From Leucoraja erinacea (lineage: Eukaryota): DNA of 64,000 nt. Made by a program: the position numbers and the translations under genes. Positions 35,660 through 48,938 of this stretch are shown here, one piece after another (the first letter of the stretch is position 1; each line of letters starts with the position of its first letter). The stretch is taken from contig NC_073377.1 of NCBI RefSeq assembly GCF_028641065.1, positions 77,934,001-77,998,000 of the forward strand, in the 5' to 3' direction. The notes under the pieces were generated by a model that was not told the DNA's origin, ran no database searches, and saw nothing but the letters and a program-made list of their open reading frames with translations.

Positions 35660-36080
35660 CATAAGATCATGTGATAGTAGAATTAGGCCATTCAGCACAT
35701 CGTCTATGCCATTCAATCATGGCTGCTCTATCCCTCCCTCCTAACCCTAGTATCCTGCCTTCTCACCATAACCTATGACACCTGTACTAATTGAAAATCT
35801 ATCTATCTCTGCCTTAAATATATCCACTGACTTTGTCTCCACAACCTTCTGTGGCAATGAATTCCACAGATTCACCACCCTTTGACCAAATAAATTCCTC
35901 CTCATCTCCTTCCTAAATTAACATCCTTTAATTCTGAGGCTATGACCTCTAGTCCTAGACTCTCCCACTAGTGGAAACACCCTCACCACATCCACTTTAC
36001 CTAGCCTTTCACTATTCTGTACATTTCATTAAGCTCCCCCCCTCATTCTTCTAAACTCAGCGAGTACAGGCCCAGTGCCT
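35660..36080 (-). mobile_element. CR1 LINE 3' end
   Basis: Reverse complement of the CR1 tail and C-terminal coding sequence. Confidence 0.85.
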
Positions 36081-36112
36081 CAGGCAGACATTGAGCTCGC
36101 ATTGAGGGTTTC

Positions 36113-36365
36113 ATGGTCACAGTAGTGCAGCAGTCGAGCTGCTGCCTAACAGCGCCAAAGACCTGGGTTTGCTCCTGACATCAGATGCTGACTGTGTGGT
36201 GTTTGCATGTTCTCCCAATGACAGCGAGAGTTTCCTCCGGGTGCTCCAGTTTCCTCCCACATTCCAAAGATGTGCGGGTTTGTCTGTTAATTGGCCACTG
36301 TAAAGTGTCCCTGGTGTGTAGGACATAGAACTAGTGTGAAAGGGTGATAATAGTCTGTGTGGTGT
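36113..36365 (+). mobile_element. HE1-like SINE, older copy
   Basis: tRNA-derived head ggtcacagtagtgcagcagtcgagctgctgcc and central domain. Confidence 0.75.
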
Positions 36366-36369
36366 GGCT

Positions 36370-37745
36370 AGGCTGAATGCCTTCCACATCATCGCTGAGG
36401 ACTTCAACCAGGCCAACCTGAAGAAGTATCTGTCACACTACACTCAGCAAATCACCATCAACACCAGAGGAGGCGAACACACTTGACCACTGCTATACCA
36501 CCATCTGGAATGTCTCCCTCATTCTGATCCTCACCTGCACTTTGGAAAGTATGACCATCTGCTGTCCTTCTACTTGTGAACATACAGACAGAGACTGAAG
36601 AGAGCGGTAACGACAAAGAGGACTATGAAGTGCCACAATGATCCGCCGTAATTAAATGTTTTGAGAGAGGTTGGTTATGATGCGAATCAACTCCTGCCTC
36701 AGAAATGACCTTGATCCACTTCAAGTTGCCCATTGCCCCAACAGGTCTACAGCAAATGCTATATCACTGGCTTACCACCCATCTTTGAACATCTGGATAA
36801 AAGGATCACATACATTGGTCTACTGGTCATTATCTACAACTCGGCATTAAACACTATCTCACCAAACCCATCATCAAGCCCCAAGACCTGGGCCTCTGTA
36901 CCTTCTTTTGCATCTGGATCCTTGATTTCCTTATCGGCAGACTTCAATCAGTGTTGATTGGTAACAACATCTTCTCCCTCCTGAACATTAACACAGGTGC
37001 ATCTTAAGGTCATGTCCTCAGCCCTCACCTCCAGTGCCATCGACAAATTACTGATCACAGCACTGTGGCTGGCTAAATCACTGGTGGTAATGAGTCAGTG
37101 TATAGAAGAGAGATAGAACACCTAGTTGAATGGTACCATAACAACAACTTCTCGCTCTGTCAACAAGACCAAGGAACTCATCTTTGACCCCGGAAAGGGA
37201 AAGTCAGAAGACCACACACCAGTATTCATTGGTAGGTTGGTGGTGATATGAGTTATCACCTTCATTTTGTTAGACTTTAACATCTCGGATGACCTGTCCT
37301 GGGCCCAACACATAGATGCAATCGTAAAGTACATGTATCAGTGCCTCCATTTTCATCAAAGTTTCAAGAGATTTGGTATGTATCTGAATAACTAACATCT
37401 ATAGATATACTGTACAGATGTAATGTACAAAGTATACTGATTGATTGCATCATGGCCTGGCGTGGCATTTCCAAACCACAGGAACAAAAGAAAATACAGA
37501 GAGTGGTGGAGCCAGCCAACCTAACAAAAGCACAGCCTTCCCCTTAATTTAAAGCATCTATATGAGATGCTGCCTCAAGTAGGCGGAACATATTATCAAG
37601 GATTCCCACCATCCAAGCCATCTCCACTTCTTGCTGCTACCATCATACCAAAGGTGCATAACCAGAACTCCCACACCACCAGGTTCAGGAACAGTTACTT
37701 TCCTACAACTAACAAGTTCTTGAACCAACCTGCACAATCCTAACC
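36370..37745 (+). mobile_element. Old Rex1/Babar-like LINE (endonuclease end plus RT remnants)
   Basis: AFHIIAEDFNQANLKK and decayed RT motifs collinear with 26979-28810 and 60890-62715. Confidence 0.75.
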
Positions 37746-37888
37746 CGACCTTGACAATAGAACACTGCTGTCCACCTCCTGCACTATCATTGATCTTTTT
37801 TCTCTCTAATTATCTTTTTATACTAATGTTTTGGGTTCTTTTTGCAGAGTTTGCCTTTAAAAAAAAAAAAATGTTTTAATGTATCATT

Positions 37889-38140
37889 AACAAAAACTTA
37901 CCGTTTGAAGTTTAATCTTTATTTTATGAGAAGTTGAAGTGAGGGATTACGTGCCCTCCACTCGCAGCCCTGATTCTCATAAAGATAATTTGGTAAGTCT
38001 AGGGTCATTAATCTTTCTATAGTTTAAGTCCTGCAACTGGTCTGTGGTTTCATACAGTTGCTCTGAAGATTGACGTGCATGTGGGCTGGTGGGCTCTTCA
38101 CGTAAAATAAAGATTAAACTTCAAACGGTAAGTTTTTGTT
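37889..38140. repeat. 38-bp perfect inverted repeat pair, possible DIRS terminal relic
   Basis: aacaaaaacttaccgtttgaagtttaatctttatttta ... taaaataaagattaaacttcaaacggtaagtttttgtt. The DIRS label rests on recalled resemblance only. Confidence 0.55.
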
Positions 38141-39199
38141 TAATCTTTCTATTAGGCTGATTGAATGTTGCTCAAGACCTAATGCAGAATTGACTTTTTT
38201 TTTTCCCTATTGGCCCACAACACTGTGATAGCGCTCCAGAAAGCACCCCCCCCCCCATATATTTTATATATATAAAACAAACAACTGCAAACCCAACACA
38301 AACCGCTACGGAACTCCACTGGTCACCAAGCAGAAAAACAATGCTCTACAGTGCCCTTTGACACCTTCCTCTCGGCCAATCTTGAATGCAATTAACCTTG
38401 GATTTCATGTGATCTAACTTTCCTGACTAATATACCCTGCTGGACCTTGCCAAAGGTCTTATTTCTGAGCTCTATCCATGTAGGCTCATTGGACGGTCTG
38501 TCAAAAACATTCTCTCTGAGCACTGTAGTTATGCCCTCCCGCATCAAAAAAGGCAAGCCTCTCTCCCCAGCTCTACTTTTACCAGCATCTCTATCATGCA
38601 GCATCTACACCCTGGGATGCAGAGCTACCAGTGCTGCCTTCACCATGTTTCTATATATCCAGTTCTTTGAAATATTTTCCTGGCCAATCTAATAACATTT
38701 TTCATCCACTATATTGGGGAAAACAGCATTAAATGCATCAAGAAAGGTTATACTCTAAATTCTATGGATTTGTATTCCATAATGGAATAAATTCCCACCT
38801 AGTGGAATATATCAAAAACAAAAATTAACATGTCCAAAATGCCAACCATCCAACAAAAAGCAAAAAATGTGTTGACAAATGAAAATAAACCCAGGAAGAA
38901 GGGAATAGTTCTAATCATTGATTTGGCAAAGTCCAGCATGGTAGGCCTGTCAGGAAGGAAGAGTATCCATTATTGATGTTAATGGATTTTTTTCCTCATT
39001 TGTTCCTTCTGATCTTCTCAACAGTGATGGATCCAAAAATCCAGTTGCTAACACTTCCCAATATTAAGTGTAACAACATCAGGATAATATATCTTACTTT
39101 ACCATTTGTTACTATTAAATGCACCAAAATCCAAGCACTATGTTATAAAGTATTCTCTGTGGTCCGAAGAAGGTGAGTTCATGTATGGCTATTTGATTT

Positions 39200-40810
39200 T
39201 CACCAGTTAAAAATGGAGACTGAAAGATGATAAATCCCCTGGGCCTGATGGTCTGCATCCCAGGGTCCTCAGGGAGGTGGCTCTAGAAATAGTGGACGCA
39301 TTGGTGATCATTTTCGAATGTTCAATAGATTCAGGATCAGTTCCTATGGATTGGAGGATAGCTAATGTTATCCCACTTTTCAAGAAAGGAGCAAGAGTGA
39401 AAACAGGGAATTACAGACCAGTTAGCCTGACCAGTGGTGGGAAAGATGCTGGAGTCAATTATTAAAGAGGTAATAATGGGACATTTGGATAGCAGTAAAA
39501 GGATTAGTCCAAGTCAACATGGATTTATGAAAGGGAAATCATGCTTGACTAATCTTCTGGAATTTTTTGAGGATGTGACAAGTAAAATGGATGAAGGTGT
39601 ACCAGTGGATGCAGTGTATCTAGACTTTCAGAAAGCCTTTGATAAGGTCCCGCACGGGAGACTGGTGACTAAAATTAGAGCACATGGTATTGGGGGTAGA
39701 CTGTTGACATGGATAGCAAATTGGTTGGCAGACCGGAAGCAAAGAGTAGGAGTGAACGGGTCCTTTTCAGAATGGCAGGCAGTGGCGAGTGGAGTGCCGC
39801 AAGGTTCGGTGTTGGGGCCGCAGCTGTTTACCATATATATTAATGATTTGGAAGAGCGGATTAGGAGCAACACTAGCAAGTTTGCAGATGTCAAGAAGCT
39901 GGGTGGCAGTGTGAACTGTAAAGAGGATGTTAGGAGGTTGCTGGGTGACTTGGACAGGTTGAGTGAGTGGGCAGATGCGTGACAGATGCAGTATAATATA
40001 GATAAATATGAGGTTATCCACTTGGGTGGAAAAAACAAGGGGCAGATTATTATCTCAATTGGGTAAGGTTAGGTAAGGGGGAGGTACAGCGAGACCTGAA
40101 TGTCCCTTGTACACCAGTCACTAAAAGTTGGCGTGCAGGTACAGCAGGCAGTGAAGAAAGCTAATGGAATGTTGGCCTTCATAACAAGAGGATTTCAGTA
40201 TAGGAGTAAAGAGGTTCTTCTGCAGTTGTATAGGGCTCTGGTGAGACCACATCTGGAGTATTGTGTACAGTTTTGGTCTCCTAATTTGATGAAGGACATC
40301 CTTGTGATTGAAGCAGCGTAGGTTCACGAGATTGATCCCTGGGATGGCGGGACTATCATATGAGGAAAGATTGAAAAGACTAGGCTTGTATTCACTGGAG
40401 TTTAGAAGGATGAGGTGGATCTTATAGAAACATATAAAATTATAAAAGGACTGGACAAGCTAGATGCAGGAAAATGTTCCCAATGTTGGGCGAGTCCAGA
40501 ACCAGGAGCCACAGTCTTAGAATAAAGGGGAGGTCATTTAAGACCGAGGTGAGAAAAAACTTTTTCACCCAGAGAGTTGTGAATTTATGGAATTCCCTGC
40601 CACAGCGGGCAGTGGATGCCAAATCACTGGATGGATTTAAGAGAGTTAGATAGAGCTCTAGGGGCTAGTGGAATCAAGGGATATGGGTAAAAGGCAGGCA
40701 CGGGTTATTGATAGGTGACGATCAGCCATGATCACAATGAATGGCGGTGCTGGCTCGAAGGGCCGAATAGCCTTCTCCTGCACCTATGTTCTATGTTTCC
40801 ATGTTTCTAT
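39200..40810 (+). mobile_element. CR1/HER1-like LINE, 5'-truncated, frameshifted RT
   Basis: GNYRPVSLTS, QHGFMKGKSCLTNLLEFFE, YLDFQKAFDKVPH; tail present. Confidence 0.95.
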
Positions 40811-41016
40811 GAAACATTTGGCCCTTTGAATCATCCACTTAAGTGAAGAAGGAGTGACTATAATTCCCAATTCCTGTGGACAATGTGCTTCTGATTTGTT
40901 TGTTTTGTGCCCATAGTGCAAAAGATCAAGTGTAGCTCAATAATTTTTTCCTCGCACATTTTTCCTTTCTTGCTACACAATTTGAATTTCCCCTGAAAAG
41001 GGGATTAATAAAGTAT

Positions 41017-41038
41017 TTATTATTATTATTATTATTAC

Positions 41039-41088
<50 letters not shown>
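41017..41088. repeat. (TTA)n microsatellite
   Basis: Directly visible. Confidence 0.95.
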
Positions 41089-41089
<1 letters not shown>

Positions 41090-41624
41090 ACCAGCAAGGA
41101 AATTTGATCTCGGCCACCCAAGAACATTTAATTTCATCATGATAAAAACAATCCTTTGCTAGTCGATACAGTTTTTTAATGCGTGTTTGTGTTCAGTAAA
41201 TATGATATTAATATCCAAGGTAAATTAGCCAATTGGATTCAAAATTGGTCCAGACAAAGGTGTGAAAAGGTAGTTGTTGATAGTAATTTCCACATACATG
41301 GATAGGCACATTAAAGTAAATAAGCATTGATTTAAACATCCTATTTATGTTGATTCTGTAGGTTAATTGGTGAAGTAAATTACCTTTTACTGTAGGTAAT
41401 GTAAAATAATCAAAGGGGAGTTGATCTGTTTGAGAATAAATTAACAACGCCATAGAGAATAAGGAGAGACAGAAAGGAACAGATGGAATTACTCTGCATG
41501 GAACCAGCATAGATGCAATGGAGCAAATGGCCTTCTGTGTCATACTAAGTTTCAACAAAAGATGGGAAGTTGTGGGAAGCTAAGGACAAAATATCTGGCA
41601 GAGATATTTGTATCATCCATAACC

Positions 41625-43830
41625 ATGGGTGGAGTGCCAGAAGACGGTGGTTAATATCATGCCTCTATTTAAGAAAGGCTGCAAAAAAAAAAACAGAACT
41701 ATACACCAGTCAGCCTCAGTGGTAGATATATTATTGATGGGAATTCGAGAGACAGGATCAATCAGGATTTGGAAAGTTAAGAACTGATTAGAGATAGTCA
41801 GCATGGTTTTGTGTGTGGAGGGTCTCATGTTATTTGTTATTTATATTAACAAATTAGATGTGAATGTAAGTGGCATGGCTAGTAAGTTTACAGTTGACAC
41901 CAAAATCGGTGGAAGACGAACAGTGAAGAATGTCAACTGGGATTAAAACAGGATTGATTGGATCGATCAGTTGGGCCAATGGGTCAGAGAATGGTAGATG
42001 GAGTATATTTAAGATAAATGTGATGTGTAGCATTTGGAAAGTGAAAACAGGGCAGGAAATACAATAAAGAATGCCCTGAGAAGTATGGCAGACCAGAAAT
42101 ACCCAGAGGAGAAGGTACATCATTCTATGAAAGTGGTGATACAATTGAATATCATGTTGAATGAGGCATTTGGCATGTTTGCCTTCATGATCAGTGAATT
42201 GAGTATGAGAGTTGGGTTGATATGTCACAGCTATACAAGACATTGGTAAGTACATATTTTGGAGTTCTGGTTGGCCTAATATAAAAATAATGCAACTAAA
42301 CTGCAAAAGGTTCAGAAAAGATTTATAAGAATGTTACTGCATCTGGAAGGTTTGAGTTATAAGATGAGGCTGCATCGGCTGTGTTATTTTCCCTGGAATG
42401 TAGGAGGCTGAGGCCTTATAGCCATTTATAAAATCATGAAGGTAGCATGAATAGTCACAGTGATTTCCCAGGACAGGAAAGTTTAAAACTAGAAGGCAGA
42501 GACGTAAGTTGAGAAGGGAAAGATTTAAATGAGACCTGAGGGACAATTATTTCACACAGAAGGTGGTGCTTACATGAAGCGAGCTGCCAGAGGAAGTGAT
42601 ATAGAGGTGGGTACAACTATGACATTTAAAAACACATGGATGACTACATGGATAGGAACGATTTGGAGGCATAGGAGCCAAGTGCATCCAAGTGAGGCCA
42701 GCTCAGTTACACAACTTGGTCAGTATGGAATGGTTGGGCCAAAGCGCCTGTTACTATGCTGCATAGCTCCAACACTATGATTTTATGACTTCACAACCTT
42801 AAGAATGGTTCTTAATAATTGCTCACATTAATGACCAATAGAATTTCTGAGTCTGAACTCAAAATATTTGTCGCAGGCCCCCTTGGTCACTCAGGCAATT
42901 ATAGAGCAATTAGTTTGATGCCGCAAGAAAGAAATATAATTAAATATAAATTTGATTGCAGCAAAACTGAAATATTGATTATAAATAGTCAGCATAATTT
43001 CCGGAATATAAATTAATGCTTGACCACTTTAGTTGTATGCTGAGTAAGATAGGAAGGCTGGGTTAGAGCAGTGTGGTCAATGGCATATATTTGGATTTTG
43101 AAACCACCTTCAATAAAGTTCACTATGTAATGGGGTTTTGGCTTAGAGATGAGCATGTAGATTACAAACAAATAGCAGAAATGATCAGAATCTGACCAGA
43201 ACACAAAATAAATAGGAATAGTCAAATTAAATGCTCAGATTGGTGAAAAATAGGAAGTGATCCCCAAGGACTGGTGGTGGCATGGTGAATATTTGCATTT
43301 ACTTAAATTGTTTGCACTTGGGAGTTAAAAATACAATGATTGAAAACTGTCATTAAGAAAGAAACTGAGGGCTTCAGGGTAATACTGTGCAAAACAGTGC
43401 AAAATACAAGGCACTATTAACAACCTCAGAATGTCTTTGTCACCGGCAATTGTCTTTCAAGTAACTAATTGCAAGATTGGGAATTTAGGTTGGTGGAATA
43501 ATGAACATCATTGGAAAATAACAGTCCACATGAGGTAGCAGAGTACTAGGATCCAGGGAAGTACCAGTCAAAAATCTTTACAAATAGCATTGCAGGTTAA
43601 CAGGAATTTCTTTAAATGCCAACAAAAAACTTGGGTTCACTTTTGAAAGAATACATTGCAAAGCAGAGGTAATATATTATTTATGAAATTACTTCATAAA
43701 TTCATACTAAGTAGATTTTGTTCTGTGCTGGTCTCTCTGTTATTAAAAGGAGATACAAGCTCCAGGAAATGGGAAACAAAAAATATGCATGGATGTTGCC
43801 TGAACTGAGGGATTACAACTCTCACTTAAC
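41625..43830 (+). mobile_element. Two highly decayed CR1 LINEs (about 41625-42790 and 42890-43830)
   Basis: Residual collinear CR1 motifs (tagtcagcatggttttgt, atgtttgccttcat, ccccaagga). Confidence 0.6.
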
Positions 43831-44047
43831 ACTCAATAGGCTGTTGGGGGAAGTGCACAAGGAAGTACTTGTGTAGGCTTTTGGAAAAGCATGGGCTTGT
43901 ATCCTTAACACCCTGGAGGAAATGAGAGATGGTAAATGCCCATCTTTCTCAGAATGGGTCAAACTATGCTGGCTAGATTTCATGGTTCCCATTGAAACTG
44001 CAGCATTCAACTGTTTTGACTTCAGTAAGTCTGGGGCTTCTGTAGAC

Positions 44048-44852
44048 TTTAGAGATACAATGTGGAAACAGGCCCTTCAGCCCATCAAGTGCATGCCGCC
44101 CAGCGATCACCCCATACACGACACGCTAGGGACAATTTACAATTTTTACTGAAGCCAATTAACCTACAAACGTGCACATCTTTGGAGTGTTGGATTTAAT
44201 CAGAGCGATCATGTGGACAGGGCCGGATTTAGATGAAGAGAGGCCCTAAGCTGTTCCACTTGTGAGGCCCCCTCCGCGTTGGTTTTCAGCGCTGACAGCG
44301 AGGCAGCGACTGGATAGCCATGGCGGCCAAATCTCCCACAATTCAAAGTGAGGGAGAAAGTGCCCAGCACCGACCAGTTGCCGTTGCAGTGCGCATGCGC
44401 AGGGCGGCCAATGATGTGCTAGCCGTGGTTGTGCGCATGTGCAGGGGGGAGGACATGCAGGCCACAGCAATGCGCATGTGCAAAGCGGCCTGCCGTTTCA
44501 GCGGATGAGGAGCGAGCGGAGGCCGGCGGCCCGGACACGGATAGCGGGGTGAGATGTAGAGAGAGAGAAAAAGAGGGGGGCCCACCCAGAGTTGAACGGT
44601 AGTTGTCCTGCCTTGGCCAGAGGCCCGCTAGATTTTGTGGCCCTAGGCTTCAGCCTATGAAGCCAAATGGTAAATACGGCTCTGCGAGGCCCTTCTAGAC
44701 CTCGAGGCCCTAAGCTTAAGCTTGTCTAGCTTATAGGTAAATCTGGCCCTGCATGTGGAGAATGAACACGCTTCAATACAGACAACACCTGTAATCAGGA
44801 TTGGACCCAGAACTCTGGCGCTGTAATGACTTAACTGTAGCTCTACGGCTGC
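44048..44852 (-). mobile_element. HE1-like SINE split by an hAT MITE
   Basis: SINE tail and body at 44048-44217, head at 44752-44852. Confidence 0.75.
44218..44751. mobile_element. Non-autonomous hAT element
   Basis: TIRs cagggccggattta / taaatctggccctg; perfect 8-bp TSD catgtgga. Confidence 0.92.
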
Positions 44853-44979
44853 CGACCTCAACTAACTTATTGACATTTAGAATCCTGGAATTCTGAAACA
44901 TAGTGACAGCGATTGGTGCAACAGTCATTATGTCTCTTCGTTGATGCCCTGTCATTGATTTGATCCTTTTGGAATAGTG

Positions 44980-45385
44980 ATTTTCAAGATTTCAAGGTTT
45001 CATGGTCAGATTATTTTCACGTGTACCAATTAAGGTATAGTGAAATTTGAATTACCATACATCGATACTAAAAAAATTCAACAAAGCACACGACTACATA
45101 AAAGTTAACATAAACATCCACCACAGTGGATTCCACGTTCCTCACTGTGATGAAAGGCAATGAAGTCCAAACTTCTTCCGCTTTTATTCTCACGCGGTCA
45201 GCGCAGTCGAACCATCTGCAGTCAGGGTGATTGAAGCTCCGGCAGCCAATGGTCGAAGCGCCACGTCGGGGCGATCAAAGCTCTTGCGCTGGGCAGTCGA
45301 AGCTCCTGCGTCGGGCGGCCGAAGTTCCTGCGGCTTGGAGTTCCCGAAGTCGGTCTCTAACCAGAGACCACAAGCTTCTTGCAAC
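44980..45385 (-). mobile_element. Family X element, 3' half
   Basis: Reverse complement has tgcctttcatcacagtgaggaacgtggaatccactgtggtgga and the tail aaatttcactatacc..ggtacacgtgaaaataa. Confidence 0.75.
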
Positions 45386-45624
45386 TACTTCCAAAATTGC
45401 TGAACAAACAAAAAAAAAGTTGCAGTGGTCCGGAACATACTCTTAGAGTCTGGCCTGAGACAAAACATTACATGAATGAACAATTTAGAGAGTTTTGTTT
45501 TCCTGGATATATAGAGCACAGAAACATGCCTTTCAGCTCATCTTGCCCATGCTGAATATCAAGTACTTGTAAATTAACTTTCATTACTGAAAGCTAAGAA
45601 TATTGAAGGCTATCTGTTTCATTG

Positions 45625-46030
45625 GTTAGTGCTGAAGCAACTCAGTGGATCAAGCAGCATCTCTAGAGAAAATAAACTGCTGACGTTTTGGATCGGAACC
45701 CTTCTTCAGACTCTGGAAGACCGGAGAAGGGTTCCGACCTAAAACATCACCTGTTCCTTTTCTCCTGAGATGCCAACTCACCCACTGAGGTGCTCCAGCA
45801 CTTTGTGTCTATCTTTGGTATAAACTAGCATTTGCAGTTCCTTCCTATCAATAGAAGTGATTGCTTAGAGACACAAGGAACTGCAGATGCTGGAATTCTG
45901 ATTAAAACATAAAGTGCTGAAGTAACTCAGTGGGTCAGACAACATCTCTGGAGGACATGGATAGTCAATGTTCTGGGTTGGGTCCTTTCTTCGTTCTGAT
46001 TTCAGTAGTGATGGAGAGAAAGCCAGATAA
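45625..46030. mobile_element. Penelope pseudo-LTR palindromes
   Basis: Inverted arms around cccttcttcagac. Confidence 0.75.
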
Positions 46031-46559
46031 GTGATTGCTTGTCAATTTCACTGACCTCCCATGTAGAAAATAGTAGTTGTATTCTTAAGAGACAATGGGT
46101 TTTTTATTACTGTGAGAATAAAGATAAATTTATTTTTCTGACAACTTTTTTTTTAAATTAAACGCTGCATCCCAGACATTATCCTACTCTACACCCCCTC
46201 TGGTGCAATCAAATCCTTTTCACATTATGGCTCTTTATATTCTATACCTAATGTAAACAACTAACCTACATGTCTTCTTCACCACCTGATCCATTTGTGT
46301 TTCCACATAAAGTTAATCCTTAGATTTATACACTAAGATCCCCCTGTTCCTCAATACTACTATAAGCCATATCACACATTGTGTATAATGACGAAAGAGC
46401 TTTCATATAATTGTATTACTGAAAATGGTGTGGTAAAAATGCAGTCCTAAGGCTGAAGATATTACCTGAATTACATATCAATTCAATAAAATTCGTATTG
46501 AAGTTTGGTGAAGTACAATAGTGAACTTTTGTGAACTGGTAAATTCATTGTTTGGTGAA

Positions 46560-47060
46560 CTAACCAACTTTGGATCATGACCAGGAAAAGTAGAGCAATC
46601 GATATACCTTCTGTCAGGATGATTCATCAACACCTGTGTCAAACAAAACTATTCCAAGTGCAAACTTGAACAAAGCAACATGTTTTAGCAAGTGTCTGCA
46701 GACTTCTGTGAAATAAAAGGACATGAAAATGTTCTAGCCTTATTCCACGTGGTTGGTAGCTAAACCCACGGGAACTCCTACTGTCAAGGAAAATATGTTA
46801 GATGAGTTAAGAACAATTTTTAGATGTCATAGTCTACTGAGGGACATAATTTCTGACAATGAATTTCAATTTTGCTTTTGGCAATTTAATGATTTTGTGA
46901 GAAAAATTATAATTATCACCTGGGAACCAATGGATAAGCTGAATGTTCTGTCAAAGACACCTTGAAGAATCTAGCACTCCAAGGATTCTCATCTGTTAGC
47001 AATAACCATCAAAATATAGAACTATTCAACACAATACTACTGGGTCTTTAAGAAAAAGCC
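46560..47060 (+). mobile_element. Ancient Gypsy integrase remnant
   Basis: DELRTIFRCHSLLRDIISDNEFQF and GTNG*AECSVK resemble the integrase SDNGPQF and NGxAER motifs. Confidence 0.6.
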
Positions 47061-47677
47061 TAAGTTTAGTACATCAAAATCTTGCTGACAGTGAGAAGCA
47101 CCAGTGTCAAAAAAAGTTAGGTTCCACGGAGGAAGTTTCAGAACAGAAATTGTGTCCAGGTTTTTTATAGACCAATACAAAATTAATGCAAATAATTGGA
47201 AAATTAGCACAGTTGTTACTGGTTGTGGTTGTAAATGGCCTGAATAATCAAAAAAACAAACGCGTCACATGGTAGCAGAGAGAAATGCACATGACCAGGG
47301 TGTTCCACAGTCATATTTAAACAGTATCTCAGGTTGCACCTTCCAGAAACAGATTCCATGAAAAAAAACCACAATCATCAAAACCTGAAGTACTGCCTGT
47401 TCAACCAAGAAAAAAGGACCAAGTCTCAAAAATCGAATCTGCCAGGCACAATTGTTTGGAGGAACTCAGAAGTGAAGATTGTTTCCATTGAATTCAGAGG
47501 TGGGGGTGAAGAATAGATTATACTAAAAGATCAAGAGTCTCTGGTGCTGTGAGGCAGCAGCTCTACCCGCTGTGTCATCGTGCTACCCCTGTGTCTCCAC
47601 TAAACTGTCCATTGAGCCGTCTTCCTCTGGAGATGTCACTGTGCTGCCGTAGTTAATGAGTCTCTTGCCCAGAGTAG

Positions 47678-48938
47678 TTAGGCTGTGGGCCGAGGAGCTT
47701 TATTCTGCAGTTTCGTGACCCAAGTCACCAAACTACATGAAATTTTCACACATTGTGTAAAAAAATTTATATAAATCACCCCTGAAACTCGATATGAAGA
47801 AGACTTGCACATTTTTATTAAATTAGAGAAAAAACGGAAAAATGTCGGTTAATCTTTAGTCCAATCAAAGCACGTTTAACATTGAGTTGTCTGCCAGTTG
47901 GCCAATCACGCGCTTTGTTTCAGGCCAGCACACAACATGGCTGAGGGGGCTTCACAGATGCCTGTTTTACTGGAGATTCCGATGTGTTGTTCTGTGGAAT
48001 AAATGTCGTGGAAACTTGCAACAGGTTAATTGTATTTAGTGGGAAAAGCATAAAAAAAGGCTGAAGAAAGTGCTGCGAAGTAGATTAAAGTGCAAGAAAG
48101 CCTTCAAAGTCTGATGTGCTCAAACACAAAGAAGGCCCCCTGAATCTACTCTAACTAAAAGGTAAGACAAAAGTCTGAATTTATGAAAATCTATCTGTAT
48201 GGACTTTAATTAATTTAATTGCACCATTTTATAATGTGAATAAATTAATTAATTCATCATTCATTCATTCATGAAATTAAGGGCCTAAACTATAACATAG
48301 TCAATTAAACATTGTCACTAATGCCGGCTTGTTGTAGAGTAATAAGTCTTTAACAAACAATCTCGGAGCTGCCTGCGAAAACTTACCGGGAAAAAGTGCT
48401 CCGATCGCGGGGCCTAGGTACCCGCGGTAAAGAGTGATCGATATTCCTCCGCTTTTCTCCCGTTATCAGGGTCTGAAAATGACCGCTACAGATGGCACTA
48501 TTTACAGCCTCCCCCCCCCCTGCCCGCGGAGATGATCCGCAGCTCCACGATCGCGAATCGGCCGCTTATTAATTGAGACCGCGGCTTCACTTTACCTCGA
48601 GTACCTAGGCCCCGCGGTCGGAGCACTTTTTCCTGGTAAGTTTTCACAGGCAGCTCCGAGATTAGCTGGTAAAGACTTATTACTCTACAACAGGCTGGCA
48701 TTAGTGACAATGTTTAATGTCTGTGTTATAGTTTAGGCCCTTAATTTCATGAATGAATGAATGCATGAGTGAATGAGTAAGTGAGTGAGTGAGTGAGTGA
48801 ATGAGTAAGTGGGTGAGTGAGTGATTGAATGATTGAATAAGGAATAAATAATGAATGAATGAAGTTATTCTCATTATAAAATGGTGCAATTAAATTAATT
48901 AAAGCCCATACAGATAGATTTATATAAATTCAGACTTT
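47678..48938. mobile_element. Foldback / long-inverted-repeat element, right arm truncated by an LTR
   Basis: Arms at about 48167-48437 and 48587-48941 are reverse complements, with a (TGAA/TGAG)n expansion in the right arm. Left boundary uncertain. Confidence 0.7.

Noticed and set aside
40926-41117. Poly-asparagine ORF
   Set aside because: Translation of a (TTA)n microsatellite.
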